Shown here: positions 50,741-60,458 of the stretch, one piece after another
How the letters are laid out: the number at the start of each line of letters is the position of its first letter
Position numbering within the stretch: the first letter of the stretch is position 1
Assembly: GCA_965216785.1 (NCBI GenBank)
Contig: OZ244197.1
Location: forward strand, 1,350,037 to 1,414,036
Source: Thermodesulfobacteriota bacterium
GTDB lineage: Bacteria > Desulfobacterota_D > UBA1144 > Nemesobacterales > UBA2774
Length of the DNA stretch: 64,000 bases
Reading direction: 5' to 3'
Position numbers and translations under genes: made by a program
Notes under the pieces: model-generated
The model's database searches: none
What the model was told of the DNA's origin: nothing
Seen by the model: the letters and a program-made list of their open reading frames with translations, nothing else

Positions 50741-51682
50741 ATGAATAAACTTATAACAGCTACCATAATAGCTGTAGCCATTAGTTTTGCATACACAGAA
50801 TTGACTCAGGCGGTCTGTGTTGAAGGACCCGCGGATACTTTTACATGTAACACCGACCCGCCAAACCCTGATCTAGGCGGTGTTCAAGCAAGTATCGCAA
50901 ACGATGTAACTGTGAACGTCTTGCCGGATGCCGAGATTAACACTCAAGGGCAGCCTGGGAATTTAGACGCCATTAGAACAGGAAATGGAAGTGATGATAT
51001 AACGATTACAGGCGGAGCTGTGAGGGCCGAAGATGTAGGTGTAAACTCCGGTAACAATAATGATACGGTTAAAGTTGTCGATAGTATAGTAAGCGCTTTG
51101 GAAAGAGCCATAGATCCGGGTAACGGGGCAGATACGGTAATGGTTGAAGATTCTGAAATTACATGTGATGAAGAGGATTGTATACATACCGGCAATGGGG
51201 AAGACGTTGTGATGGTTAACGGTTCTCTGGTGACGGGTCTTAGCGGTGATGGAATAGAAACTGCTAACCAGGACGATCAGGTTACTATAAGTGACTCTAT
51301 AATCACAGGCGACGTCGGGTTCTTTGCCGTCGACCTTGGAAATGGTGACGATACCCTCACTATAGGGACCGGGGCTGTTCTAAATAACGGAATAGATTGC
51401 AGGGATGATTTCGATACACTCATTTTCGCCATGGAAGTGCCCGAAGAAGCGGTTGCTTTCATCTCTTCAGAACTCGCAGGCAAAGACCCGGCGGGTGACA
51501 GTATTACAATTAACAACATTTTTTACCAGTGGCAGGAATGCGAGGTTATCGTAAGCCAGCTTGTGGGAGTGCCGAATGTAAGGCCTATCCCGACCCTGTC
51601 GGAGTGGGGGCTTATCGCTATGGCGGGAGTGCTGGGGTTTGCAGGGTTACTTGTAGTTCGTAGAAGACAAGCGGCTGCTTGA
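50741..51682 (+). CDS. Secreted hypothetical protein with IPTL-CTERM-type sorting signal, 313 aa; Gly/Asp/Thr-rich, possibly beta-helical
   Basis: Signal peptide 'MNKLITATIIAVAISFAYTELTQA'. C-terminus 'RPIPTLSEWGLIAMAGVLGFAGLLVVRRRQAAA'. Confidence 0.6.
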   Translation: MNKLITATIIAVAISFAYTELTQAVCVEGPADTFTCNTDPPNPDLGGVQASIANDVTVNVLPDAEINTQGQPGNLDAIRTGNGSDDITITGGAVRAEDVGVNSGNNNDTVKVVDSIVSALERAIDPGNGADTVMVEDSEITCDEEDCIHTGNGEDVVMVNGSLVTGLSGDGIETANQDDQVTISDSIITGDVGFFAVDLGNGDDTLTIGTGAVLNNGIDCRDDFDTLIFAMEVPEEAVAFISSELAGKDPAGDSITINNIFYQWQECEVIVSQLVGVPNVRPIPTLSEWGLIAMAGVLGFAGLLVVRRRQAAA

Positions 51683-51713
51683 AAAGATTTACTCGATGGT
51701 AATAAATATGAAT

Positions 51714-51743
51714 AGAAAAAAGGGAGCTTCGGCTCCCTTTTTA
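51714..51743 (+). terminator. Intrinsic terminator of the GGGAGC-UUCG-GCUCCC family
   Basis: 'aaaaaagggagcttcggctcccttttt'. Confidence 0.75.
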
Positions 51744-51868
51744 CGTGCGCTCGGACAGTAGCACGGCACGCTTCGCATCAATTAGTAAGCGCCGGATTTA
51801 TAAGGTATTGCGCTTAGGCCTGTCCTCCCCCTTGTCCGACATACTTACAACCCATATAATATAGTCCG

Positions 51869-52543
51869 ATGAGCGAAAAAGCGGTGATAATAGTATCGGG
51901 CGGAATTGACAGTACGACCCTTCTATACAAAACACTTATTAAGGGCCACGAGGTTAACACCTTGACCTTTCTTTACGGCCAGAGGCACGTTAAAGAGGCT
52001 GAGTACGCAGAGAATATATGCTTGAATCTCGGCGTGCCGCATAAAACCGTCGATCTGTCCTCTATGAAAGAGCTCCTTTCCGGCTCGGCTCTCACGGACT
52101 CCTCTGTAGATGTGCCAGAGGTGCCGGAGACGGCCGAGCACCACGATACCCTTCAGGCGACTATTGTGCCCAACCGTAACGCTATTTTCCTTTCGGTAGC
52201 CATCGGTTACGCTGTCAGCATAGGGGCTGAGAACGTCTATTTCGGCGCCCATTTCTCTGACCGGGGAGTATATCCTGACTGCCGCAGCGAATTTGTAGAC
52301 GCGTTTCAAAGCGCTGAGAGACTCGCTACCGACATACAGGGGCTTACTATAAAAGCGCCGTTTGTGGACAGCGATAAATCCGAGATTGTAAAGCTGGGCC
52401 AAGAGCTCGGCGTGCCGTTTCAGGACACGTGGACCTGCTATAAGGGCGGGGAGCTTCACTGCGGCGCGTGCAGCTCTTGCAGGGAGCGTAAGAGAGCGTT
52501 TTCAGATTCCGGCGTTCCCGACCCCACAGAGTACGAGACATGA
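51869..52543 (+). CDS. queC: 7-cyano-7-deazaguanine synthase
   Basis: 'AVIIVSGGIDSTTLLY' PP-loop; C-terminal 'CYKGGELHCGACSSCRERKRAF' zinc site. Confidence 0.85.
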   Translation: MSEKAVIIVSGGIDSTTLLYKTLIKGHEVNTLTFLYGQRHVKEAEYAENICLNLGVPHKTVDLSSMKELLSGSALTDSSVDVPEVPETAEHHDTLQATIVPNRNAIFLSVAIGYAVSIGAENVYFGAHFSDRGVYPDCRSEFVDAFQSAERLATDIQGLTIKAPFVDSDKSEIVKLGQELGVPFQDTWTCYKGGELHCGACSSCRERKRAFSDSGVPDPTEYET

Positions 52544-53181
52544 AGATTAGCGAGATATTTTATTCAATTCAGGGCGAGGGGATTGAAATGGGGATGCCGA
52601 CCGTTTTTGTAAGGCTATTTGCCTGTGATCTCAGGTGCTCGTGGTGTGACACGATGTACGCCGTAGAGGGAAGGGATTTTACGGAGGTGCCGGTAGACGA
52701 AGTTATTGAGCGCGTTGGGAAATGGGACTGCAGGCGTGTATGTATTACAGGGGGCGAGCCCCTAATACAGCGTGAGGAGGTCTCGACGCTTGCCCAAGAG
52801 CTAATAGATAGAGGCTACCGCATCCTTCTTGAAACAAGCGGCCACAAGATGCCCCCCGATGTGTTCTGGGGTGAGGGCTCTGTCATCAGTATGGACTGCA
52901 AGTGTCCGGGTTCGGGCATGAACGAGCGGATGGACTTTACGCTCTACCCAAAGCTCCGCGCGGGCGACCAGCTCAAGTTCGTAATACAGGATGAGGCGGA
53001 CTATGAATACGCGCGGGGCGTAGTAGATAAGCATGATATTAAAGCCCATATTGTTTTTCAGCCTGCCGGGGGTCTTGGGATAGGGTGGATAAGCGAGAGG
53101 GCCATGAAGGATAATCTTTCAGGCGTAAGGGTTCTGCCCCAGCTCCATAAAATTATATGGGGTGACAAAAGGGGTGTATAG
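52540..53181 (+). CDS. queE: 7-carboxy-7-deazaguanine synthase (radical SAM)
   Basis: 'EIFYSIQGEGIEMGMPTVFVRLFACDLRCSWCDT'. Overlaps queC by 4 nt. Confidence 0.85.
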   Translation: MKISEIFYSIQGEGIEMGMPTVFVRLFACDLRCSWCDTMYAVEGRDFTEVPVDEVIERVGKWDCRRVCITGGEPLIQREEVSTLAQELIDRGYRILLETSGHKMPPDVFWGEGSVISMDCKCPGSGMNERMDFTLYPKLRAGDQLKFVIQDEADYEYARGVVDKHDIKAHIVFQPAGGLGIGWISERAMKDNLSGVRVLPQLHKIIWGDKRGV

Positions 53182-53331
53182 TATAAACTATACTCGTTGG
53201 CGGGATTTATTTTTAATCCCTCACATGTTATAATCGTTAACCCAACAGTTAAGGTTGGAACCTGAGTTTTTTAAATTAAATAGCTGTATTTGAGCGGGGG
53301 CGAGAGGTAAGAGCGGAGGTTTTATATAAAT

Positions 53332-54228
53332 ATGGAAACAGTAAAGAAAAACATGGATATTTCAGAAATGGATCAGGAGCAGTACAATTATGAGCCGTTT
53401 GCTGATACGGAAGAGTACAAGAAGGTAAACACTGACTGTATTCACAGCTGGGTCGAGATAATGAAGAGAAAGGGCGTGAGCAGTATTGAAGCGCTCCTAG
53501 ACGTGGCGACCGGCGCGGGCACTATGGTTCAGATTGTATTCGACAACCTGCCGGATAGCTGGAAAACGGCTGCTGTCATGTGCCTTGACCAGTCATCGGA
53601 AGCCCTTAAACTGGCCCAATCGAGATTGGAAAAAACTGTAGGTAAACTGAAAATGGTTCATTCCTCCATCGAAGAAATGACGATTCCGGACCAGAGCGTA
53701 GATATTGCGGTCTGGGGAAACGGTATACACTATCTGACAGAGGACGACCAGTTGGACAGCATAAAGCGCATCAAGAAAGCGCTTAAACCCGGCGGGCTGC
53801 TGTTCTTCAATACCGCGTTTTATGAGGAGGCTAGGCCTCCGGACACATTGCCCTTTTACCGCACACAGGTAAAGAACGCGGTCCATTACTTAAAAGAGCG
53901 GGGCGTCAGGCGTGATAAAGACGGCCTGTCGGCTAATGAAGCTTCAAAGTTCCTTCCGAAGTCATATTACGAGGAATTGGTCGAAAAGGCCGGTTTCAAG
54001 CTCGTTGAGGCTTCTGAATTCACTTTGGAAATGCACAGAGAGGCCTGGGAGTATATAAGCGCTTTTCAGCAGTACGCTGCGGGAGCGCTGAGAGGATACC
54101 CGATAGATGAAGCGATCGAAGCTATGAGGGGTTCAGTGGAGCCGGCTCTTGAGCAGCATGGCCGTCCCGACAGTGACGGAGAGCTCTTCATCCCGCGTAA
54201 ATGGCTCGCTATAAGCGCCGAGGCCTAA
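53332..54228 (+). CDS. Class I SAM-dependent methyltransferase
   Basis: 'LLDVATGAGTM' motif I; 'LKPGGLLFF' motif III. Confidence 0.6.
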   Translation: METVKKNMDISEMDQEQYNYEPFADTEEYKKVNTDCIHSWVEIMKRKGVSSIEALLDVATGAGTMVQIVFDNLPDSWKTAAVMCLDQSSEALKLAQSRLEKTVGKLKMVHSSIEEMTIPDQSVDIAVWGNGIHYLTEDDQLDSIKRIKKALKPGGLLFFNTAFYEEARPPDTLPFYRTQVKNAVHYLKERGVRRDKDGLSANEASKFLPKSYYEELVEKAGFKLVEASEFTLEMHREAWEYISAFQQYAAGALRGYPIDEAIEAMRGSVEPALEQHGRPDSDGELFIPRKWLAISAEA

Positions 54229-54440
54229 GGGCGTCATTGCGAAAGAGCGCAGCGAACGAAGCAATCTCCCGCAACATTCTCTAACACCTGAGCATATCAT
54301 TCCAGAATACTTCTATCAGGATTCCAAGCTCGGCTGTCATTGCGAGCAAAGCGAAGCAATCCCCAACAGTAATTCGTACGAACTACCTATCTACAGAGTA
54401 ATTATTAGAAGGGAAACCACGCAGTCCGGCCCGCGCGCTC

Positions 54441-55790
54441 TTACATCAGGTTGTAGTAGTCAAGACCCAGGTGGGTTATCAGCTCTTCGCCCTTTAGGTA
54501 GCGGAGAGTATTCTTGAGCTTCATGAGCTGAATAAATACATCGTGCTCGGGGTAAAGCCCCTCGCCGTACATCGGGCTCTTGAAGTAGAAAGAAAGCCAC
54601 TCCTGTATGCCGTCTAGCCCAGCCCTTTGGGCCAAGTCCAGAAACAGCACAAGGTCGAGCACAATCGGAGCCGCCAGGATGCTGTCGCGGCAAAGGAAGT
54701 TCACTTTTATCTGCATCGGGTAGTTAAGCCAGCCGAATATGTCGATGTTGTCCCAGGCTTCCTTTGCGTCCCCTCTCGGAGGATAGTAATTAATCCTCAC
54801 CTTGTGGTAAACGTCCGAGTACAGATCGGGATGAAGGTCAGGCTGGAACAGATGCTCCAGCACGCTGAGCTTGCTCTCTTCCTTTGTTTTGAAGGAATAG
54901 GGGTCGTCCAGTACCTCGCCGTCTCTGTTGCCTAGGATGTTTGTTGAGAACCAGCCGCTAAGCCCTATCATTCTGCTCTTGAGCCCGGGGGCCAGTATGG
55001 TTTTCATCAGTGTCTGACCGGTTTTGAAGTCCTTTCCGGCCAGAGGAACGTTATTCTTTTTCGCAAGCTTTATGAGCGCGGGTACGTCCGCTGAGAGGTT
55101 CGGCGCTCCGTTCGCGTAGGGTACGCCGCACTTGATAGCCGCATAGGCGTAAATCATGCTGGGCGGTATGCCGGGGTGGTTATTCTTAAGTCCGTCTTCA
55201 AATGACTTAACGGAAGAGTGAACGGATTCACCTTGTATATATACTTCAGTGCTCCCGCACCATACCATTACCAGGCGCTCTACTCCGCTTTCTTTTTTGA
55301 AATTTTTAATGTCTTCGATCAGTGCTTTGGCAAGGTCCATTTTGGTCTTGCCTTTCTTTAAGTGTTTACCGTCTAGGTTCTTTACATATTTCCTGCTGAA
55401 AACAGCGGGCATGGGGCTTGTTTGTGTAAGCGTATCCCTGAGATCTTCCACAAGCTCTTTATCGAGCACTCCCGCCTTTAAACATGCCTCATAACAGTTG
55501 TCTTTAAATATGTCCCAACCCGCAAACACCAGATCATCTAATTCAGCGAGCTTTATAAATTCCTTAATTAGCGGGGATTTCTTTTCGGTTCTCTTGCCGA
55601 GCCTGATCCTGCCCATCTGGGTAAGTGATCCCACGGGTTTCCCCAAGCCCTTCTTTATAGCCTCTACACCTGCGATAAACGTAGTGCTTACGGCTCCGCT
55701 CATTCCGGGGAGAAGCACACCCAGCTTGCCTTTAGCAGGCGCAATTTTCTTTTTCTTAGTACTTATGGACTTCTTTTTAGTTGTAGCCAA
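54441..55790 (-). CDS. myo-Inositol-1-phosphate synthase with a Lys-rich N-terminal extension; TTG start 8 nt after the rpsI stop
   Basis: 'LGVLLPGMSGAVSTTFIAGVEAI' (NAD-binding N-terminus), 'NGAPNLSADVPALIKLAKKNNVPLAGKDFKTGQT' and 'NILGNRDGEVL' correspond to conserved MIPS blocks. Confidence 0.75.
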   Translation of the reverse strand: MATTKKKSISTKKKKIAPAKGKLGVLLPGMSGAVSTTFIAGVEAIKKGLGKPVGSLTQMGRIRLGKRTEKKSPLIKEFIKLAELDDLVFAGWDIFKDNCYEACLKAGVLDKELVEDLRDTLTQTSPMPAVFSRKYVKNLDGKHLKKGKTKMDLAKALIEDIKNFKKESGVERLVMVWCGSTEVYIQGESVHSSVKSFEDGLKNNHPGIPPSMIYAYAAIKCGVPYANGAPNLSADVPALIKLAKKNNVPLAGKDFKTGQTLMKTILAPGLKSRMIGLSGWFSTNILGNRDGEVLDDPYSFKTKEESKLSVLEHLFQPDLHPDLYSDVYHKVRINYYPPRGDAKEAWDNIDIFGWLNYPMQIKVNFLCRDSILAAPIVLDLVLFLDLAQRAGLDGIQEWLSFYFKSPMYGEGLYPEHDVFIQLMKLKNTLRYLKGEELITHLGLDYYNLM

Positions 55791-55798
55791 TGTGGTGA

Positions 55799-56191
55799 TT
55801 ACCTCTTTGAGAACTGCTGTCCGCGTCTCGCTTTTCTGAGTCCGTATTTCTTTCTTTCTACCATCCTCGGATCTCTTTTCAGCTGACCTGCGGATTTAAG
55901 AGGTTGCCTGTTAGACTCGTCCGCTTTTAGGAGCGCTCTGGCAATGCCGTGCCTTACCGCGCCGGCCTGTCCCGTAAGCCCTCCGCCCTTGACGTCGACC
56001 AGTACGTTGAACTTACCTTTGGTCTGCGTTGTATCCAGCGGCTCGAGCGCGTGCACTCTCCAGCTGTCGCGTGGAAAGTACTCTTCGGGAGTGCGTTTGT
56101 TTATGGTTATCTTGCCGTCTCCTTCGCGGAGCCATACACGGGCAATGGATGTTTTTCTTCTTCCTGTACCGTAGTGGTTAACTTCAGCCAT
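55799..56191 (-). CDS. rpsI: 30S ribosomal protein S9
   Basis: '[19 protein letters not shown]...[27 protein letters not shown]'. Confidence 0.9.
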   Translation of the reverse strand: MAEVNHYGTGRRKTSIARVWLREGDGKITINKRTPEEYFPRDSWRVHALEPLDTTQTKGKFNVLVDVKGGGLTGQAGAVRHGIARALLKADESNRQPLKSAGQLKRDPRMVERKKYGLRKARRGQQFSKR

Positions 56192-56199
56192 ATTATCTA

Positions 56200-56628
56200 T
56201 TATACCTCCAGTATCTCAGGCTGCTGGGGAGCATGTGGGTGCTCGCCCCCTGCGTATACTTTCAAGCGTTGAATTAGTTTGTCCTGCCATTTGTTTTTGG
56301 GAAGCATTCCCCAAACGGCTTTCTTTAGTATTTCCTCTGGTTGTTTCTCAAGCAGCTTCTCTGCCGTTATATCTTTAATCCCACCAGGATGATTGCTGTG
56401 GCTGTAATATGTCTTCTGACTCCACTTATCTCCTGTGAATACTACTTTTTCGGCATTGACTACTATAACGAAGTCCCCTAAGTCCGCGTGCGGTGTAAAC
56501 TCGGGCTTTTCCTTTCCTCTCAGAATCGTTGCGATCCTGGTAGCAATGCGCCCGACTGTTTTTCCGTCTGCGTCAATCAGGTACCATTTTTTATCGAAAT
56601 CCTGGCTTCTAGCCATGTAACTCTTCAT
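56200..56628 (-). CDS. rplM: 50S ribosomal protein L13
   Basis: '[22 protein letters not shown]' and 'HSNHPGG' motifs. Confidence 0.9.
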   Translation of the reverse strand: MKSYMARSQDFDKKWYLIDADGKTVGRIATRIATILRGKEKPEFTPHADLGDFVIVVNAEKVVFTGDKWSQKTYYSHSNHPGGIKDITAEKLLEKQPEEILKKAVWGMLPKNKWQDKLIQRLKVYAGGEHPHAPQQPEILEV

Positions 56629-56814
56629 TTTCTGCCTCTTATTCTTGGAAGTAAACCATTCAATTTACCGTCTTAGCAGGGATTGTCAAGCTTTTTTAAT
56701 AATAATGCAAAGCAGTTTTGCCATATTATCCGCTTAATTGGTCTCGGGTCCGAATAATGATATAATCTTGCGGTAATTTAATCAATAAACCTATCTTAAT
56801 AATGGAATCGTACT

Positions 56815-58281
56815 ATGTCTTCAGATTGGAAAATCGCATTTAAAGACAAGCTGCTCGCCATACTCGGCGCTAAGGGAGTGATATTCGCGGATGACGAGCT
56901 CATAGCTTACGAGTGCGACGCCCTCACGGGCCATAGAGTAAAACCCGTTTTCGTAGTGCTCCCTGAAACCGCGGAGCAAGTCTCCCGCGTGGTCAGGGAA
57001 TGTTACGAGCACAACGTCCCTTACGTCCCTAGGGGGGCCGGTACAGGGCTTTCTGGCGGGGCTCTCCCGACAGAGGAAGGCATTGTAATCTCGCTTTCAC
57101 GCATGAATAAGATAGTTGAAGTCGATATCCCAAATGAGCGAGTCGTAGTCGAGCCGGGCGTAGTTAACCTCTCTGTAACGGATGCCGTAAGCACTGAGGG
57201 CTATTACTATGCGCCGGATCCTTCGAGCCAGATAGTGTGCACCATCGGAGGGAACGTAGCCGAGAACTCAGGAGGGGTGCACTGTCTTAAATACGGCGTC
57301 ACCTCAAACCACGTGCTCGGGCTAGAGGTAGTGCTTCCCGACGGAGAGATAGTCGAGCTGGGGGGTAAGAGCGCGGATCACCCGGGGTATGATCTCATCG
57401 GGCTTGTGGTCGGCTCTGAAGGGCTTCTCGGCATTGTAACCAAGGTAGTCCTCAAAATAGTACGTAAACCCGAGACGGTGAAGACTCTATTCGCTACTTT
57501 TGACAGGATCGAAGACGCGGGCGCTTCTGTTTCAGGGATTACCGCAAGGGGCGTTATCCCAGCCGGAATGGAGATTATGGATAACCTCTGTATACGCTCG
57601 GTGGAGGAGGCAATTGGCTGTGGTTACCCGGTGGACGCGGGCGCAATATTACTTGTAGAGCTCGACGGGCCTGAGGCCGAGGTCACGGCGCAGATGCCCA
57701 TCGTGCAGAGCGTACTTAAAGAGCACAACGCTAAAGAGATTAAAATTGCCAGGGATTCAAATGAGAGAGACCTTTTTTGGAAGGGTAGAAAGAACGCCTT
57801 TCCCGCTATGGGCCGCATAAGCTCTGATTACTACGTACAGGACGGAGTTATCCCAAGGAGTAAGCTTGCGGAGGTGCTGGGCAGGGTAGGTGAGCTGAGC
57901 AAAAAGTACGGGCTCAGGGTGGCAAACGTGTTCCACGCGGGAGACGGCAACCTCCACCCGCTTGTTCTGTATGACGGGAATATAGAGGACGAGTACCATA
58001 AAGCGCTTGAGCTTGCTGGGGATATCCTTACCGTCTGTGTCGATTCGGGGGGCAGTATCACGGGCGAGCACGGCGTCGGTCACGATAAAAAAAGATTCCT
58101 GTCTCTCATGTTTGATGAGAGTGATCTCGACACGATGAACCTACTCAGGTGCTCGTTTGATGTGAAGGGCCTATGCAACCCGGGCAAGGTTTTCCCGACC
58201 CCCAGAACATGCGTAGAGCCCGGAATGAAGCCTTACAAGGAGCACCCGTTACAAAAAAAGGGTCTTGGTGAGATGTATTGA
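56815..58281 (+). CDS. glcD: Glycolate oxidase FAD-linked subunit
   Basis: FAD-binding 'PRGAGTGLSGGALP'; C-terminal 'GSITGEHGVGHDK'. Confidence 0.8.
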   Translation: MSSDWKIAFKDKLLAILGAKGVIFADDELIAYECDALTGHRVKPVFVVLPETAEQVSRVVRECYEHNVPYVPRGAGTGLSGGALPTEEGIVISLSRMNKIVEVDIPNERVVVEPGVVNLSVTDAVSTEGYYYAPDPSSQIVCTIGGNVAENSGGVHCLKYGVTSNHVLGLEVVLPDGEIVELGGKSADHPGYDLIGLVVGSEGLLGIVTKVVLKIVRKPETVKTLFATFDRIEDAGASVSGITARGVIPAGMEIMDNLCIRSVEEAIGCGYPVDAGAILLVELDGPEAEVTAQMPIVQSVLKEHNAKEIKIARDSNERDLFWKGRKNAFPAMGRISSDYYVQDGVIPRSKLAEVLGRVGELSKKYGLRVANVFHAGDGNLHPLVLYDGNIEDEYHKALELAGDILTVCVDSGGSITGEHGVGHDKKRFLSLMFDESDLDTMNLLRCSFDVKGLCNPGKVFPTPRTCVEPGMKPYKEHPLQKKGLGEMY

Positions 58282-58344
58282 TTGTCGCTAATATTGAATA
58301 TTCATTTTACTTATAAACGGGGCTGGAATTAATCGTACAATCTA

Positions 58345-59676
58345 ATGGCTGAATCTAAAGGTATAAAAGAGTTTATTTCCATTCTCGGAGCGTCCAATGT
58401 CGCTGCGGACCCGTCAGGGCTAACCGACTACTCTGTGGACGGGTTGGCCCCAAAGGCTGTTTTATTCCCAGACAACGAAGAGCAAATTTCAGAGATTATG
58501 AAAGTCGCCTCAAAAGAATCCGTTTCGATAGCGCCTGTAGGCTCGGGTACGAAGCTGAGCCTTGGTAATGTGCCTTCAGAGCTGGACGCGCTTCTCTCTA
58601 CATCTAAGCTCGACCGGGTGCTGGAGCACGAGGCGCGTGACCTGGTGGCAACGACGCAGTGCGGTGTTACGCTCGAGAGCTTTCAAAATAAGCTTGGAGA
58701 GAATAATCAGTTCCTTTCAGTTAACCCCATGCACGAAGCCTGTGGTGCTACGATCGGAGGTATTATCGCCTCAAACTCAAGTGGCCCGCTCAGGCTCCGT
58801 TACGGCACTCTCAGAGAGCTGCTTATCGGACTAAGGGTAGTAAGAGCGGACGGCACGGTGTTTAAAGGCGGCTCCAAGGTGGTTAAAAACGTCGCGGGTT
58901 ACGACCTGCCAAAGCTCTATGTGGGCTCTTTGGGTACGCTCGGGATAATCACTGAAGCCACTCTCAGGCTCTACCCGGTCCCAGAGCGAAGCGAGACGTA
59001 CCTAGTGAGCTTCACAACCCTTGAAAAATGCGCCGGGACCGTGATGGAGCTTCTTAAGTCTGACCTCGTAATGAACTCGCTTGAGCTCCTTAACCCCGCT
59101 TTGGTCGCGCAGGTCACCGAGCGCTCCGGAATAGAGCTAAAGAGGAAAAAATACGCCCTCGCTGTAAGGATAATGAATGTGGATAAAGCGGTAAGTGAGC
59201 AGATGGCGCTCGTTAAGAAAGTTTGTAATAAACACCGTGGTCAGGGCGCAGTAGTAAAGAACGGTGAAGAGCAAAAGCTGTGGGACGAGATAGTAAACTA
59301 CCCCTGGAACAGGCCCGGTGAAGACCGGGTGAAGTTAAAAGCAGGGGTGTTGATTACTGCCGTAAGCGGTGTATTCACAAAGCTTGAAGAATTATCCGAG
59401 AATTTCAGTATTACCTCATACGCTTCAGCTAAGGCCGGAAATGGAATTTTAGATATTACGCTACAAGGCGGCTCCGGGGAATTGATTTCGGTTATTCGGG
59501 CACTAAGAGAATATTGCGACTCCATCGGGGGAAGCCTCGTAATCGAAGCCGCCGCGCCAAAGCTGAAATCGCAGATCGACGTCTGGGGCGACATGGGCTC
59601 CGGGCTCTCACTGATGAAAAGGGTTAAATCTAACTTCGATCCCGCAGGCATACTAAACCCGGGCAGGTTTATCTGA
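58345..59676 (+). CDS. glcE: Glycolate oxidase FAD-binding subunit GlcE-like
   Basis: 'IAPVGSGTKLSLGN' FAD_binding_4 region; operon position between glcD and glcF. Confidence 0.65.
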   Translation: MAESKGIKEFISILGASNVAADPSGLTDYSVDGLAPKAVLFPDNEEQISEIMKVASKESVSIAPVGSGTKLSLGNVPSELDALLSTSKLDRVLEHEARDLVATTQCGVTLESFQNKLGENNQFLSVNPMHEACGATIGGIIASNSSGPLRLRYGTLRELLIGLRVVRADGTVFKGGSKVVKNVAGYDLPKLYVGSLGTLGIITEATLRLYPVPERSETYLVSFTTLEKCAGTVMELLKSDLVMNSLELLNPALVAQVTERSGIELKRKKYALAVRIMNVDKAVSEQMALVKKVCNKHRGQGAVVKNGEEQKLWDEIVNYPWNRPGEDRVKLKAGVLITAVSGVFTKLEELSENFSITSYASAKAGNGILDITLQGGSGELISVIRALREYCDSIGGSLVIEAAAPKLKSQIDVWGDMGSGLSLMKRVKSNFDPAGILNPGRFI

Positions 59677-60449
59677 TGATCCGCAGGGAAGAAAAAAACG
59701 GCTGGCTTCTCATTACCCAGCACGACCATGCCGGGCTTGCCGGGGAGATAATGGCGTATTGGGGGAATGAAAGCTTCTCCGTGCTAGAGCCCCGGGACGA
59801 GGTGCTTTTTGCCGTAGGCGAGCACGATGCGGGGTGGAGGCAGTGGGACGCGTCTCCGAAGATTGACGCGAGCTCTGGAGTTCCCGCGAATTTCTCGGAG
59901 ATGGATACCTCTGATCAGTCTGTGATATGGGAGCACTGCTTCAGGGACCACGCTGCTGAGCACCAGTACGCCTCTGTTCTCATAGCGCTTCATTTCGCGA
60001 AATTCAACCAGCATAACCTCGATAGAGACCCATCGGACGAAAACGCCGGGATGTTAAAGGCTGAGCTCGGGAAGTTTATAAAAGACAAGGTGGGAGCGGA
60101 GTTAAACGGGTTTTCACTTGATGACATTCCACTGGATATAAAGGTCAATCTAAAGCTACTTCAGATTGCCGATATAATGTCGCTAACACTATGCCACGGC
60201 TGGAAGTCTGTAGAAATAAAGGACGCGCCGCTTGATTATTCGGGAAACTGCAAAACTCTTAAGATGGAGTCGGGAGACGGGCTCAATTACACGGTTGAGC
60301 CTTACCCCTTCAGCCAGCCGCGGTTAAACTTCAGTATACTAGGCAGGCGGCTTTTCAGCGCCTCGTTTGCAGACGACGCTGAGTACAGAAGCGCGTATGA
60401 AAACGCGGAGCTCGAAAAGCTCTATTTTAAAATAAGTAAGAAGGACTGA
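59676..60449 (+). CDS. Hypothetical protein (DUF3891-like) embedded in the glc operon
   Basis: 'WLLITQHDHAGLAGEIMAYWGN'. Its ATG overlaps the glcE stop codon. Confidence 0.45.
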   Translation: MIRREEKNGWLLITQHDHAGLAGEIMAYWGNESFSVLEPRDEVLFAVGEHDAGWRQWDASPKIDASSGVPANFSEMDTSDQSVIWEHCFRDHAAEHQYASVLIALHFAKFNQHNLDRDPSDENAGMLKAELGKFIKDKVGAELNGFSLDDIPLDIKVNLKLLQIADIMSLTLCHGWKSVEIKDAPLDYSGNCKTLKMESGDGLNYTVEPYPFSQPRLNFSILGRRLFSASFADDAEYRSAYENAELEKLYFKISKKD

Positions 60450-60458
60450 AGAAAGATC

